64,000 nt of DNA from Gemmatimonadaceae bacterium (lineage in GTDB: Bacteria; Gemmatimonadota; Gemmatimonadetes; Gemmatimonadales; Gemmatimonadaceae). A program made the translations under genes and the position numbers. Position 1 is the stretch's first letter. Every line of letters starts with the position of its first letter. The notes beneath the pieces are model-generated. The model did no database searches and had not been told where the DNA came from. It saw nothing but the letters and a program-made list of their open reading frames with translations. This document shows positions 19,953 through 31,561 of the stretch, one piece after another. Location: NCBI GenBank assembly GCA_040901985.1, contig JBBDYC010000019.1, positions 143,770 through 207,769 on the forward strand, in the 5' to 3' direction.

Positions 19953-19982
19953 TGACACCTGACACCTGACACCTGACACCTG
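19951..19982. repeat. Heptamer tandem array (CCTGACA)x4 + CCTG, inverted relative to 19355-19394
   Basis: cctgaca x4 then cctg; reverse complement TGTCAGG is a rotation of TCAGGTG. Confidence 0.97.
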
Positions 19983-19996
19983 CAGTTGTAGGAGTA

Positions 19997-22057
<2,061 letters not shown>

Positions 22058-22091
22058 AAAGTGGTGGAGTGAAGGTGGGTGAGGTGCTGCG

Positions 22092-22670
22092 TCAGCGATT
22101 GAAGGTGTTCATCACGCGCTCGATCCCCTCGGCCGTCCAAAGCCGCAAGGCGCCTTCCAAGGTTGGCAGGAGCGCACGGACGGTCTCGCGCTCCCCCTTC
22201 CCGAACTCGTCCAGCACATAGTCGGCGAGGTCGCCGACGCCCCGCTCGCGCTGCGGCCCGGTCGGGCCGACCCCGATCCGGAGCCGCGCGTACTCCTGGG
22301 TGTCAAGCGCCTGCTCGATGCTCTTGAGGCCATTGTGCCCGCCCGCCGACCCGCGGGCGCGAAACCGGTAGGTGCCGGTTTCCAACTGCACCTCGTCCGC
22401 GACGACGATGAGGTCCGTCGAGGCCGCCCAAAACGGGCGGCGGAGCCAAGGCCTCAGCACCGCGCCCGAAAGATTCATGTACGTCAACGGCTTGACCACC
22501 CGCATCTTGATCCGGTCGACCGTGCCCGAGGCCGTCATCGCCTCGCCATCCTTGCGCCACGGATCGAGCCGCCACGCCTCGGCGAGGTGGTCGGCCAACC
22601 ACCAGCCCACGTTGTGGCGGGTATCGGCGTACTCCCGCCCGGGGTTGCCCAGACCGAGGATGACCTTCAT
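22092..22670 (-). CDS. pth: Peptidyl-tRNA hydrolase
   Basis: [38 protein letters not shown]. Confidence 0.96.
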   Translation of the reverse strand: MKVILGLGNPGREYADTRHNVGWWLADHLAEAWRLDPWRKDGEAMTASGTVDRIKMRVVKPLTYMNLSGAVLRPWLRRPFWAASTDLIVVADEVQLETGTYRFRARGSAGGHNGLKSIEQALDTQEYARLRIGVGPTGPQRERGVGDLADYVLDEFGKGERETVRALLPTLEGALRLWTAEGIERVMNTFNR

Positions 22671-22706
22671 CGCCGGTTCGACCGCGCCGCGGGCAGGAGG
22701 TCCGGC

Positions 22707-23363
22707 TCAGCTCGCTTCAGCCTCGTCCTCGTCCTTCGCCTTGCGGATCAGCTCAGGCTCGGCCGGCACCGCCTCTTCCGCCTCGGCAACGACCGGCTCC
22801 GCCTCGACCTTCGGCGCGGCGCAGACACAGACCGTCAACTCCGGATCGCTCAGGAGCTCCACGCCCTCGGGGAGCGGCACATCGCTGACGTGGAGCGAAT
22901 GGCCGATCGTCAGCGCCGTGACGTCCACCACGATGTAGTGGGGGATGTTGGACGGATCCACCCGGATCTCGAAGTCGTGCATGATCTGGTCGAGGATGCC
23001 GCCGCCGGTCCGGACGCCCTCGGCGGTGCCGCTGAACTGCAGCGGGACCTTCACCGTGACCTTCTCGCCGGCCACGAGCTCCTGGAAGTCCACGTGGAGG
23101 ATCTGCTTCTTGAACGGGTGGCGCTGGATCTCGCGGATGAGCGTGCGCGCTGTGGCGCCGTCAACAGTCAGCTCGATCACCGTACTCTGGTACGGATTCT
23201 TCTCGAGTAGGAGCTGCAGCTCGTGGGCGTTGAGCGCCAGCGACTGCGGCGCCCGGAGGTGCCCGTAGATCACGGCCGGGACCTGGCCGGCGGCGCGCAG
23301 CTTGCGAGCGACGCCCTTGCCGGTGGCCGAGCGGGTGGATGCGTTGAGATTTGCGGAAGCCAT
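22707..23363 (-). CDS. rplY: 50S ribosomal protein L25/Ctc
   Basis: GKGVARKLR..VPAVIYG, IQRHP..LHVDF. Confidence 0.96.
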   Translation of the reverse strand: MASANLNASTRSATGKGVARKLRAAGQVPAVIYGHLRAPQSLALNAHELQLLLEKNPYQSTVIELTVDGATARTLIREIQRHPFKKQILHVDFQELVAGEKVTVKVPLQFSGTAEGVRTGGGILDQIMHDFEIRVDPSNIPHYIVVDVTALTIGHSLHVSDVPLPEGVELLSDPELTVCVCAAPKVEAEPVVAEAEEAVPAEPELIRKAKDEDEAEAS

Positions 23364-23436
23364 GTTCGTATTCTCGTGCTGATGGGATCAAGCGCCGTGC
23401 GGGTTCCCGGTAGGTCCGGCCCGGTGGGTCCAACCT

Positions 23437-24390
23437 TCATTCAAAGAGCGACGACACACTCTGATCCGAGTGCGTAAACCGAATTGCCTTCGCCAGCAGC
23501 TCGCCGACGCTGAGGACCGTGAGCCGGTCGAAGCGGCGTGACTCGGGGATGGCGATCGAGTCCGTGACGGCGACCTCGGTGATCGGCGCCTTGCTGAGCC
23601 GCTCGACGGCGGGGCCGCTCAGCAGGGCGTGGGTCGCGCAGACGTAGACGTCGCGGGCCCCAAGGTCCTTGAGCGCGCGGGCCGCTTCGGAGACCGTGCC
23701 GGCGGTGTCAATCATGTCGTCGGCGAGGAGACAATCGCGTCCCTCCACCTCACCGACCACGTTCACCACCTCGGCCACGTTCGCGGCCGGCCGACGCTTG
23801 TCAATGATCGCCAGCGACCCGTTGAGCCGCTTGGCGAACCCGCGCGCCATCTTGGCCGACCCGACGTCGGGCGCCACGACGACGACATCGTGCAGCTTCT
23901 TCTTGCGATAATGCGCGGTGAAGACCGGTGCCGCATAGAGATGGTCCACCGGGATGTCGAAGAACCCCTGCAGGGCGTGCTGGTGGAAGTCGAGGCCGAG
24001 CACCCGGTCGGCGCCGGCGCGCATCACCATGTTCGCCATCAGCTTCGCGCCGATCGCCACCCGCGGCTGGTCCTTGCGGTCCTGTCGCGCGTAGCCGTAG
24101 TAGGGCATCACGCAGGTGATGCGGGCCGCCGAGGCCCGCCGCGCGGCGTCAATCAGGAGCAGCAGCTCCAGGATGTTCTCGGCCGGCGGGTTGGTGGGCT
24201 GGATGATGAAGACGTCGGCGCCGCGCACATTCTCGTCGAGCCGGACGAAGACCTCGCCGTCGGAGAAGCGTGTCACGGTGGACTTGCTCAGCTCCGCGTC
24301 AAGCGACTTCGCGATCGCTTCGGCCAGCCCACGGTTCGCGTTGCCCGTGAGCAACCGATAACCGTGCAGAGGGACCGCGAGTCCGTCCAT
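23437..24390 (-). CDS. prs: Ribose-phosphate pyrophosphokinase
   Basis: [35 protein letters not shown] at 24390 preferred. Confidence 0.96.
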   Translation of the reverse strand: MDGLAVPLHGYRLLTGNANRGLAEAIAKSLDAELSKSTVTRFSDGEVFVRLDENVRGADVFIIQPTNPPAENILELLLLIDAARRASAARITCVMPYYGYARQDRKDQPRVAIGAKLMANMVMRAGADRVLGLDFHQHALQGFFDIPVDHLYAAPVFTAHYRKKKLHDVVVVAPDVGSAKMARGFAKRLNGSLAIIDKRRPAANVAEVVNVVGEVEGRDCLLADDMIDTAGTVSEAARALKDLGARDVYVCATHALLSGPAVERLSKAPITEVAVTDSIAIPESRRFDRLTVLSVGELLAKAIRFTHSDQSVSSLFE

Positions 24391-24535
24391 TGGGAAGTCG
24401 TGTAAGGGTAACGCGAGACTGGAGATAGCCCGGTCGGCCGGGAGCCGGGCCAAGGGCGTCGGGAGAGCCCCGAAAGATATTCCGAAATGCCGGGGAATGG
24501 CAGGGGGCACCCACACCACGGTATTCTGTCGGGAT

Positions 24536-25435
24536 ATGAAAGGGATCCTCCTCGCCGGGGGCTCGGGCACGCGGCTCTTCCCGATGACCCGGGTCGTGTC
24601 GAAGCAGCTCCTCCCGGTCTACGACAAGCCGCTCGTCTACTATCCGCTGAGCACGCTGATGCTCGCGGGGATTCGCGACATTCTCCTCATCAGCACCCCC
24701 GACGACCTGCCGCGCTTCGAGGCGTTGCTCGGCGACGGGAGCGCGTGGGGAATCACCCTGCGCTACGCCGCGCAGCCGGCGCCGGAGGGCCTCGCGCAGG
24801 CGTTCGTGATCGGCCGCGACTTCGTCGGGCGCGACCCGGTGGCGCTCATCCTCGGCGACAATCTCTTCTTCGGCGCCGGACTGCCGAGCCAGCTTCGCGT
24901 GGCGCGCGCGCGCGCCGAAGGGGCGTCGGGGGCCGGTGGGGCGACTGGAGCCACGATCTTCGGATACCGGGTCGGGAATCCGGAGCGGTACGGCGTGGTC
25001 GAGGTGGACAAGGCAGGGGCGGTACGGTCGATCGAGGAGAAGCCCCGCACGCCGCGGTCGTCCCTGGCGGTCACTGGGCTCTACTTCTATGACAACCGGG
25101 TGCTCCAGATCGCCGCGGGGCTGGGGAAATCGGCTCGCGGCGAGTACGAGATCACCGACGTCAACAACGCGTACCTGGCCGACGGGACGTTGCGGCTTGA
25201 GGTGCTGGGCCGCGGCATGGCCTGGCTTGACACGGGTACGGTCGGCGCCCTGCAGGAGGCGGCGCGGTTCGTCGAGGCGATCGAGACGCGCCAGGGGCTC
25301 AAGATCTCGTGTCCGGAGGAGATCGCCTACCGCCTAGGCTACATCGGGCGCGCGCAGCTGCTCGCGCTCGCGGCGCCTCTCGGCCCCAGCGAGTACGGGG
25401 CATACCTTCGTCGCGTGGCCGAGGAGGCGGAGTGA
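24536..25435 (+). CDS. rmlA: Glucose-1-phosphate thymidylyltransferase
   Basis: [41 protein letters not shown]. Confidence 0.96.
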   Translation: MKGILLAGGSGTRLFPMTRVVSKQLLPVYDKPLVYYPLSTLMLAGIRDILLISTPDDLPRFEALLGDGSAWGITLRYAAQPAPEGLAQAFVIGRDFVGRDPVALILGDNLFFGAGLPSQLRVARARAEGASGAGGATGATIFGYRVGNPERYGVVEVDKAGAVRSIEEKPRTPRSSLAVTGLYFYDNRVLQIAAGLGKSARGEYEITDVNNAYLADGTLRLEVLGRGMAWLDTGTVGALQEAARFVEAIETRQGLKISCPEEIAYRLGYIGRAQLLALAAPLGPSEYGAYLRRVAEEAE

Positions 25436-26538
25436 GCGCGCGCGGCGGGACGACGCGTCCGGTGCCGGAGGTGGTGCTGGTGACAGGGGGCGCCGGCTTC
25501 ATCGGGGCGAATGCGGTGGGCTGGCTCCTCCGTCAACAGCCGACGGTGCGCGTGATCACGTACGATGCGATGACCTACGCGGCGCATCCCGAGACCCTGC
25601 CGATGGTCACCGCGGGCGCGGCGGACCGGCATCACCTGGTCCGCGCCGACGTGCGGGACCGCGAGGCGCTCTCCGCGGTCCTCGGCGGCACGGCGCGCGA
25701 CGGCGCGGGACGCGCGGTCCCGGTGCCGGACACGGTCTGGCACCTCGCCGCCGAATCACACGTGGACCGCTCGATCCTCGGGCCCGATGCCTTCGTCGAG
25801 ACGAACATCGTCGGCACCGAGCGGCTGCTCGAGGCGATGCGCCGTGCGCGGGGCGTCGGCCACCGGCCACTGCGCCTCGTGCACGTGAGCACCGATGAGG
25901 TCTACGGGTCGCTGGAGCCGCTCGACGCGCCGTTCACGGAAGCGCGGGCGCTGGCGCCGAGTTCGCCGTACGCGGCGAGCAAGGCGGCGGCGGACCTGCT
26001 GGTGCAGGCGTGGGCGCGCACGTACGGCCTCGACGCCGTGATCACGCGCTGCTCGAACAACTACGGACCGTTCCAGTTCCCGGAGAAGCTCCTGCCGCTG
26101 ATGGTCACGCGCGCGCTGGCCGGCGAACCGCTCCCGGTCTACGGCGATGGCCGGCAGGTGCGGGACTGGCTGCACGCCGAGGACCACGTCGCGGCGCTCT
26201 GGGCCGTCACCTGCCAGGGGGGAAGCGAGGGGCGCGTCTACAACATCGGCGGCAACGCCGAACGCGAGAACCTCGCGATCGTCCGGGCTGTGCTGCGCGC
26301 CCTGGGCAAGGACGAGTCGCTGATCGCCCACGTGCGCGACCGGCCGGCGCACGACCGGCGGTACGCGATGGACGCCAGCCGGCTGCGCGCCGAGACCGAC
26401 TGGCGCCCGCGCATCGCGCTCGACGACGGGCTCGCCGCGACAGTCGAGTGGTACGTGACCCACGAGCCGTGGTGGCGCGCGGTGCAGCGGGAGTCGGCGG
26501 TGGCCGCCGAGGCGCTCTACCTCGGGACGAAGGCGTGA
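25432..26538 (+). CDS. rmlB: dTDP-glucose 4,6-dehydratase
   Basis: [43 protein letters not shown]. Confidence 0.95.
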   Translation: MSARGGTTRPVPEVVLVTGGAGFIGANAVGWLLRQQPTVRVITYDAMTYAAHPETLPMVTAGAADRHHLVRADVRDREALSAVLGGTARDGAGRAVPVPDTVWHLAAESHVDRSILGPDAFVETNIVGTERLLEAMRRARGVGHRPLRLVHVSTDEVYGSLEPLDAPFTEARALAPSSPYAASKAAADLLVQAWARTYGLDAVITRCSNNYGPFQFPEKLLPLMVTRALAGEPLPVYGDGRQVRDWLHAEDHVAALWAVTCQGGSEGRVYNIGGNAERENLAIVRAVLRALGKDESLIAHVRDRPAHDRRYAMDASRLRAETDWRPRIALDDGLAATVEWYVTHEPWWRAVQRESAVAAEALYLGTKA

Positions 26539-27389
26539 AGGTCCTCGCGATCGGTGCCCACGGGCTGCTCGGCACCGCCTTCCGCGACACGGCGCCGACG
26601 GACGTGACGCTGATTGCGCCGCCGCACCGCGAGCTCGACCTGACCGACGCCGACGCGGTGGCGCGCGCGCTCGACCAGGCCGAGCCGGCGTGGGTGGTGA
26701 ACTGCGCGGCGTTCACGGCCGTGGACGCGGCGGAGCAGGATCCGGAGGCGGCGGCGCGCCTGAACGCCGACGCGGTCGGGGCGCTCGGCCGCCTCGCCGC
26801 CGCGCGCGGCGTGCGGGTCCTCCTTCCCGGGACGGACTATTTGTTTGCCGGCGAGTCCACGCGCCCGTATCGTGAGGACGACCTACCGCAGCCGCGTTCG
26901 GTCTACGCGCGCACGAAGTGGGAGGGGGAACAGCTCCTGCAGGCGAGCGGCGCTCGCGCGCTCATCGTGCGCAGCGGATGGCTGTTCGGTCGCGGGGGGC
27001 GGAACTTCCCGGCGACGATGTGGGCCCGCGCGCGCGCACACACGCCCTCGGCGGTGGTGGACGACCAGCGGGGCGCGCCGACCGCGGCGCTCGACCTCGC
27101 CGAATGGTGTTGGCGCCTGATTGGACGCGGCGACGACGGCGTGGTGCACGCGACCAACGCCGGGTCGGCGACCTGGTTCGAGGTGGCGCAGGCGGCGTAC
27201 GCGGCGGCCGCGTGGCCCGAGGGCGTGACCGTCACGACCACCGCCGCCTTCGGTGCCCGCGCCAACCGCCCGCGCTACAGCGTGCTCGACTGCTCGCGCT
27301 TCGACGAGCGGTGCCCGGGCGGTCGTCGCGACTGGCGCGAGGCGCTCGCGCAGTACCTCGGGACGCTCGGCGCGGAGCGGGCGGCGTGA
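26535..27389 (+). CDS. rmlD: dTDP-4-dehydrorhamnose reductase
   Basis: GAHGLLG, NCAAFTAVD.AE, TDYLF, YARTK, DDQRGAPT, RPRYSVLD. Confidence 0.93.
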   Translation: MKVLAIGAHGLLGTAFRDTAPTDVTLIAPPHRELDLTDADAVARALDQAEPAWVVNCAAFTAVDAAEQDPEAAARLNADAVGALGRLAAARGVRVLLPGTDYLFAGESTRPYREDDLPQPRSVYARTKWEGEQLLQASGARALIVRSGWLFGRGGRNFPATMWARARAHTPSAVVDDQRGAPTAALDLAEWCWRLIGRGDDGVVHATNAGSATWFEVAQAAYAAAAWPEGVTVTTTAAFGARANRPRYSVLDCSRFDERCPGGRRDWREALAQYLGTLGAERAA

Positions 27390-27958
27390 GCGCCGACATC
27401 CGGATCGAGCCGACGGAGATCCCCGACTGCGTCATCGCGCACGTCGCGGCGCATCCCGACGCCCGCGGCTCGTTTCGCGAACTCTTTCGTGCCGATCGGT
27501 TTGCCGCCGCCGGCCTGCCGGCGACGATTGCGCAGGTGAACCACTCGCGCTCGGCCCGTGGCGTGGTCCGGGGCCTGCATTTCCAGTGGGAGCCGCCGAT
27601 GGCCAAGCTGATGCGGGTCGGGCGCGGCGCTGCCTTCCTCGTGGCGGTGGACATCCGCCGCGGCTCACCGACCTGCGGTCGCGCCGTCTGGCGCACCGTC
27701 ACCGCCGGCGCCGACCTCTGGCTCGTCGCGCCGGCCGGATTCGCCCGCGGCCTTCAGGCGCTGGAGGACGCGACCGAAGTCGAGTACCTCTGCACGGCGC
27801 CGTACGCGCCGGCACACGAGGGGGGGATCCGATGGGACGACCCGGCGCTCGCGATCCCGTGGCCGATCCCGGACGCGATCCTCTCGCCGAAAGATCGCTC
27901 GGCGCCGACGCTCAGCGAGTGGCTGGCGGGTCCGACGGGCGGCGTCTTCGCGGTCTAG
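27386..27958 (+). CDS. rmlC: dTDP-4-dehydrorhamnose 3,5-epimerase
   Basis: DARGSFRE, NHSRS..GVVRGLHFQ, VDIRRGSPT, GIRWDDP. Confidence 0.93.
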   Translation: MSADIRIEPTEIPDCVIAHVAAHPDARGSFRELFRADRFAAAGLPATIAQVNHSRSARGVVRGLHFQWEPPMAKLMRVGRGAAFLVAVDIRRGSPTCGRAVWRTVTAGADLWLVAPAGFARGLQALEDATEVEYLCTAPYAPAHEGGIRWDDPALAIPWPIPDAILSPKDRSAPTLSEWLAGPTGGVFAV

Positions 27959-28029
27959 TTGCCCCTGGTGGATTCGAACCACCATTCTCGCATCCAAAGT
28001 GCGATGTCCTGCCATTGGACGAAGGGGCA
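27959..28029 (-). tRNA. tRNA-Gln(UUG), CCA not encoded
   Basis: Minus strand TGCCCCT..TCGCA CTTTGGA TGCGA..GGTTCGAATCC..AGGGGCAA cloverleaf. Confidence 0.95.
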
Positions 28030-28070
28030 GCGCTGGCAGGGTGACTGATTCGAAGCTAACGGAGGCCGCA

Positions 28071-28952
28071 TCAGTCGAGCAACCGCACGGCGGCGACGCT
28101 CGTGCAGGTGCGGGTATGGACGACCTGCGCGCCGCTGGGCAACCCAGCGATCTCGGCCGGTGGACGGCGGTCGAAGATCCCGAACACCGACGAGCCGGAC
28201 CCGCTCATCCGGGCAATCCGCGCCCCGGCGCCGCCGAGCGCGCCGACGCACTGCGCAATCTCGGGGTGGCGCGCGCTGACGACGGGCTCGAGGTCGTTTC
28301 CGGCCAGTCTCGCGACCGCGTCCCAGCGGTCGAGGTCGTCAATCGAGAGCGGGGCTGGTGCCGCCAGGGCCGAAGACGCGCGCGACTCGTCGAGCCAGCG
28401 GTAGGCGGCGGCCGTCTCGACGCCAAACGACGGCAGCGTCACCAGCACTTCGCGCGCGGGGAGCGAGCGGAGCGCCAGGATGCGCTCGCCGCGGCCCCAG
28501 GCGATGGCGAGCGCGGCGTCGGTCGCAAGGAACGGCACGTCGGCGCCGACCTGGAAGGCGACCGTGGCGAGCGCCGCCGCGGTCAACGGCGTGGGCGCGA
28601 GGGCGTTGAGGGCGCGCAGGACGGCGCCCGCATCGGCGCTGCCCCCGCCCAGTCCGCTGCCGACCGGGATCCGCTTCTCGACCGTGATCTGGAACCCGGT
28701 CGGCCACCCGCACGCCGCCGCAAAGGCGTCCGCGGCGCGCCAGGCGAGATTCTGTTCCACCGGGACCGACTCGAGCCCCGGACAAACGAGCTCGCGCTTG
28801 CCGGTATCCGTCGCGACGCGGATCGTGTCGGCAAGCTCGATCCGGACAAAGAGCGTCTCGATCTGATGGTAGCCCGATTCCTCGCGCGCAAGGACGCGCA
28901 GGACGACGTTGATCTTGGCTTGCGCCTCGACGCTGGCGGCGGACGCGGTCAT
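28071..28952 (-). CDS. ispE: 4-(cytidine 5'-diphospho)-2-C-methyl-D-erythritol kinase
   Basis: AKINVVL..GYHQIET, KRIPVGSGLGGGSAD, GADVPF, MSGSGS. Confidence 0.95.
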   Translation of the reverse strand: MTASAASVEAQAKINVVLRVLAREESGYHQIETLFVRIELADTIRVATDTGKRELVCPGLESVPVEQNLAWRAADAFAAACGWPTGFQITVEKRIPVGSGLGGGSADAGAVLRALNALAPTPLTAAALATVAFQVGADVPFLATDAALAIAWGRGERILALRSLPAREVLVTLPSFGVETAAAYRWLDESRASSALAAPAPLSIDDLDRWDAVARLAGNDLEPVVSARHPEIAQCVGALGGAGARIARMSGSGSSVFGIFDRRPPAEIAGLPSGAQVVHTRTCTSVAAVRLLD

Positions 28953-29971
28953 GGCGTTGCCGTCGGCGGGGGCGTCACGCCGCCGAGGTCGCGCAACCGC
29001 AGGTCGAGCCGGGCGACGTACCAGACCCCGATGACGGTGATGGGGATGAACGAGAGCAGGTGGAAGCCGATCGCCCAGCTCACCGCGTTGGCCGCCGGGA
29101 TGCCGTAGAGCCCGAGTCCGGCGGTGCCCGCCGCCTCGAAGAGGCCGAAGAATCCCGGCGACGACGGCAGTACGACGCTGATTGCGATCAACCCCTGGAC
29201 GAAGAACGCCGCGGTCAGTGGTGCCGCGATGCCCAGCGCGCGGAAGCCGAGGTAGAACGCCGCGGCGTTGGTGAGCCAGTGGAGGAGCGTCCACCAGAGC
29301 ACCTCGAGCACGAGCCGGGGTTCACGCAGCACGCGCAGCCCGCTCGCAAATCCGGTCAGCAGGGCGTGCACTTTCGTCACGCCGCGTGCCCAGACGGCGC
29401 CGGTGACGCGCTCCGCGACCTGGATGAACGGTTCCGGTTTCAGCACGAGCGCGTAGAGCGCGGCGATCGCGACGGTGAGTGCGAAGCCGGCCGAGACGGC
29501 GATGTTGCCGGCCGTGGCGCCAAGGACGGTGGCGTCGGCGGGGAACCGTGGGTCGAGCGTGGCGGCCACCATCAGCGCCAACACGACGATCCCGTCGAAC
29601 ACGCGGTCCACCACGAGCGAGCCGAAGGCGGCGGTGAACCGGACCTCGGGCCGTTCGCGCGAGAGGACGAAGGCGCGCGCCGGTTCCCCCGCGCGCGCGA
29701 GGAGGACGTTGTTGACCATCATTCCGATTGCTGTGGCGCGCCAGAGCGGGGCCACCGGCAGCCGGCCGACGAGTGGCACGAGGATCGCCTGCCAGCGACG
29801 CGCGCGGAGCGGGAAAATCACGGTGGCGGTGACGGCACTGAGCAGCCAGAGCGGGAGGCTCGACGTCGCAAGGATCCTCCAGACGGCGCGCAGGTCCACG
29901 CCGCGCAGCGTCAGCCAGAGGAGCAGGACACTGAGCGCGATCCCCAGCACCCCGCGCCAGTCAAGGCGCAC
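28949..29971 (-). CDS. Lysylphosphatidylglycerol synthase TM-domain / flippase-like membrane protein
   Basis: RARRW, GMMVNNVL.ARAGE..R, DRVFD, PSSPG.FGLFE. Confidence 0.8.
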   Translation of the reverse strand: MRLDWRGVLGIALSVLLLWLTLRGVDLRAVWRILATSSLPLWLLSAVTATVIFPLRARRWQAILVPLVGRLPVAPLWRATAIGMMVNNVLLARAGEPARAFVLSRERPEVRFTAAFGSLVVDRVFDGIVVLALMVAATLDPRFPADATVLGATAGNIAVSAGFALTVAIAALYALVLKPEPFIQVAERVTGAVWARGVTKVHALLTGFASGLRVLREPRLVLEVLWWTLLHWLTNAAAFYLGFRALGIAAPLTAAFFVQGLIAISVVLPSSPGFFGLFEAAGTAGLGLYGIPAANAVSWAIGFHLLSFIPITVIGVWYVARLDLRLRDLGGVTPPPTATP

Positions 29972-29976
29972 CGGCG

Positions 29977-31512
29977 TCAGTCCGCCGCTGCGAGCTGCAG
30001 CAGGTCGTACAGTTCGGCGAGGGTCTGTGGGTCCGGCGCGCCGTCCGCCGTCCGCAGCTCCTCGCCGAGCGCAGCGGCCCGGGCGAGCGCATCGCGGCCG
30101 CGGAAGAGGAGCTCGTCAATCGGGATGACATCGTCCTCCGGACCGACGAGGGGCTCGGCGAGATGCTCGGTGGCGAGCGGCGCGAGTCCGTCGAGTCCGG
30201 ACGCGAGGAGTCCGTGGAGGGCGGCGCCGGACAGGGCGGCGCCGGTCGTGGGCCCGCCGGTCGTGGGCCCGCCGGTCGTGGGCCCGCCGGTCGTGGCGGC
30301 GGCGGACGGGGCGCCGCCGGCGACCGTGGCCGTGGAAAGCTCGGCGCTCAATGCACCGAAGGACGCCGTGAGGGAACTCGGCTCGACCTCGGACGCGCTG
30401 AGCAGGGCCGCCGCCCGGTCGAGGACGTCGAGCGTGTGCGCCTCGAGCGCGGCGGCATTTCGCTCGGCGGCGATGAACACGTTGGCTATCTCGGTCGCGC
30501 CGAAACTCTGGGCGGCGCGGGCGATGGCGCGCACGGCGCCCCGCAGTTCGCGGCTCAGGCGCTCCCGCGTCGCGGCATCGGCGGCGCCGCGACCGTCGGC
30601 GACAAGGCGCCGCAGGTGCTCGGCCTGGCTCACCACCTCGAGACGGAACCGGTTGGCAGAGGTGGTCGGCGGATGCGACGCGGACTGGACTGCGCCGCCC
30701 GCGGCGTCGTCGGGGAAGAGGGAGGCGATCGGCACGACGTCGTCGCCGTCCCCCGCGTCGCGGCTCAGCGTGGCGGAGGCGTGGGCGAACTCGCGCACGG
30801 CGACCGAATCCGTCGGGGGCACCCCGCCGTTGCGGATGGCGTCGCCGCCTTCGAGGAGGACGCGGGCGGCGGTGCGGAAGAGCCGTCGCCGTTCGGCGGT
30901 CGCATCCTCGTGCCCGAGTTCGATTGCCTTGGCGGCGGCGTCCACGGCGTCCACGACCTCGCTGAGCGGCGGCAGGTCCTTGAGCGCGGCGACGCCGCGC
31001 AGGGCGCGGACCTTGCCCATCACGTCGCCGAAGCCCTCCCGCGACCCGGGTTGCTCGGCGTACTCGAGGAGTCCGGCGGCCGCGTCGGTGGCCGCGGCGG
31101 CGAGGTAAGCGGCACCGCTCTTGGCCGGCTCGGCGCTGGCGCGCTTCGGCGCGATCCGCTCGAGTTCGGCAATCCGCTCCGCGGCGCGCGCATCCTCGGC
31201 GGGTCCCCAGGTGCGGACGCCGCGGATGAGGATCTTGGCGTCGTCAATCGCGGCGATCGCGACGCCGCGCGACGACGCATCCCAGGCGAGGTCACCGTCG
31301 CGGACGCGCCGGGCGAGCCGCTCGAGGCCGTGGGCGACCTCGGCGACGCCGTTCACCTTGGCCATCGTCGCGCTGCCGCGGAGCGCGCGGATCGTGCGCG
31401 CGAAGGCGTCCGCGTCGGGCGGGGCCGCCGACGCGCGCGACACGAGGGCGTCGAGCTGCTCGACGTACTCGCTGGCCTCCAAGGTGAAGAAATCGAGCAA
31501 TCCGCCCGTCAT
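29977..31512 (-). CDS. Protein with three Hpt-like bundles lacking the phospho-acceptor His
   Basis: LLDFFTLEASEYVEQL..RTIRALRGSATM..EVAHGLE resembles CheA P1; two further degenerate copies. Confidence 0.65.
   Translation of the reverse strand: MTGGLLDFFTLEASEYVEQLDALVSRASAAPPDADAFARTIRALRGSATMAKVNGVAEVAHGLERLARRVRDGDLAWDASSRGVAIAAIDDAKILIRGVRTWGPAEDARAAERIAELERIAPKRASAEPAKSGAAYLAAAATDAAAGLLEYAEQPGSREGFGDVMGKVRALRGVAALKDLPPLSEVVDAVDAAAKAIELGHEDATAERRRLFRTAARVLLEGGDAIRNGGVPPTDSVAVREFAHASATLSRDAGDGDDVVPIASLFPDDAAGGAVQSASHPPTTSANRFRLEVVSQAEHLRRLVADGRGAADAATRERLSRELRGAVRAIARAAQSFGATEIANVFIAAERNAAALEAHTLDVLDRAAALLSASEVEPSSLTASFGALSAELSTATVAGGAPSAAATTGGPTTGGPTTGGPTTGAALSGAALHGLLASGLDGLAPLATEHLAEPLVGPEDDVIPIDELLFRGRDALARAAALGEELRTADGAPDPQTLAELYDLLQLAAAD
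30241..30296. repeat. 15-bp tandem repeat x3.7 encoding (TTGGP)n
   Basis: gccggtcgtgggccc x3 + gccggtcgtgg. Confidence 0.95.
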
Positions 31513-31561
31513 CGCGCCTCCGCGCAGTCCGCGCTAATGGTGGCCGGAAGCACGACCCCGG

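Noticed and set aside
19355..19982. CRISPR array or diversity-generating retroelement
   Set aside because: Units are contiguous 7-mers with no spacers and no cas genes; no reverse transcriptase or TR/VR pair is visible despite the Avd-like fold.
24391..24535. att-like duplication of the tRNA-Gln 3' end at the far side of the rml cassette
   Set aside because: No copy of the tRNA 3' end found by eye; a 9-nt aatggcagg match to the D-arm is in the wrong orientation and consistent with chance.
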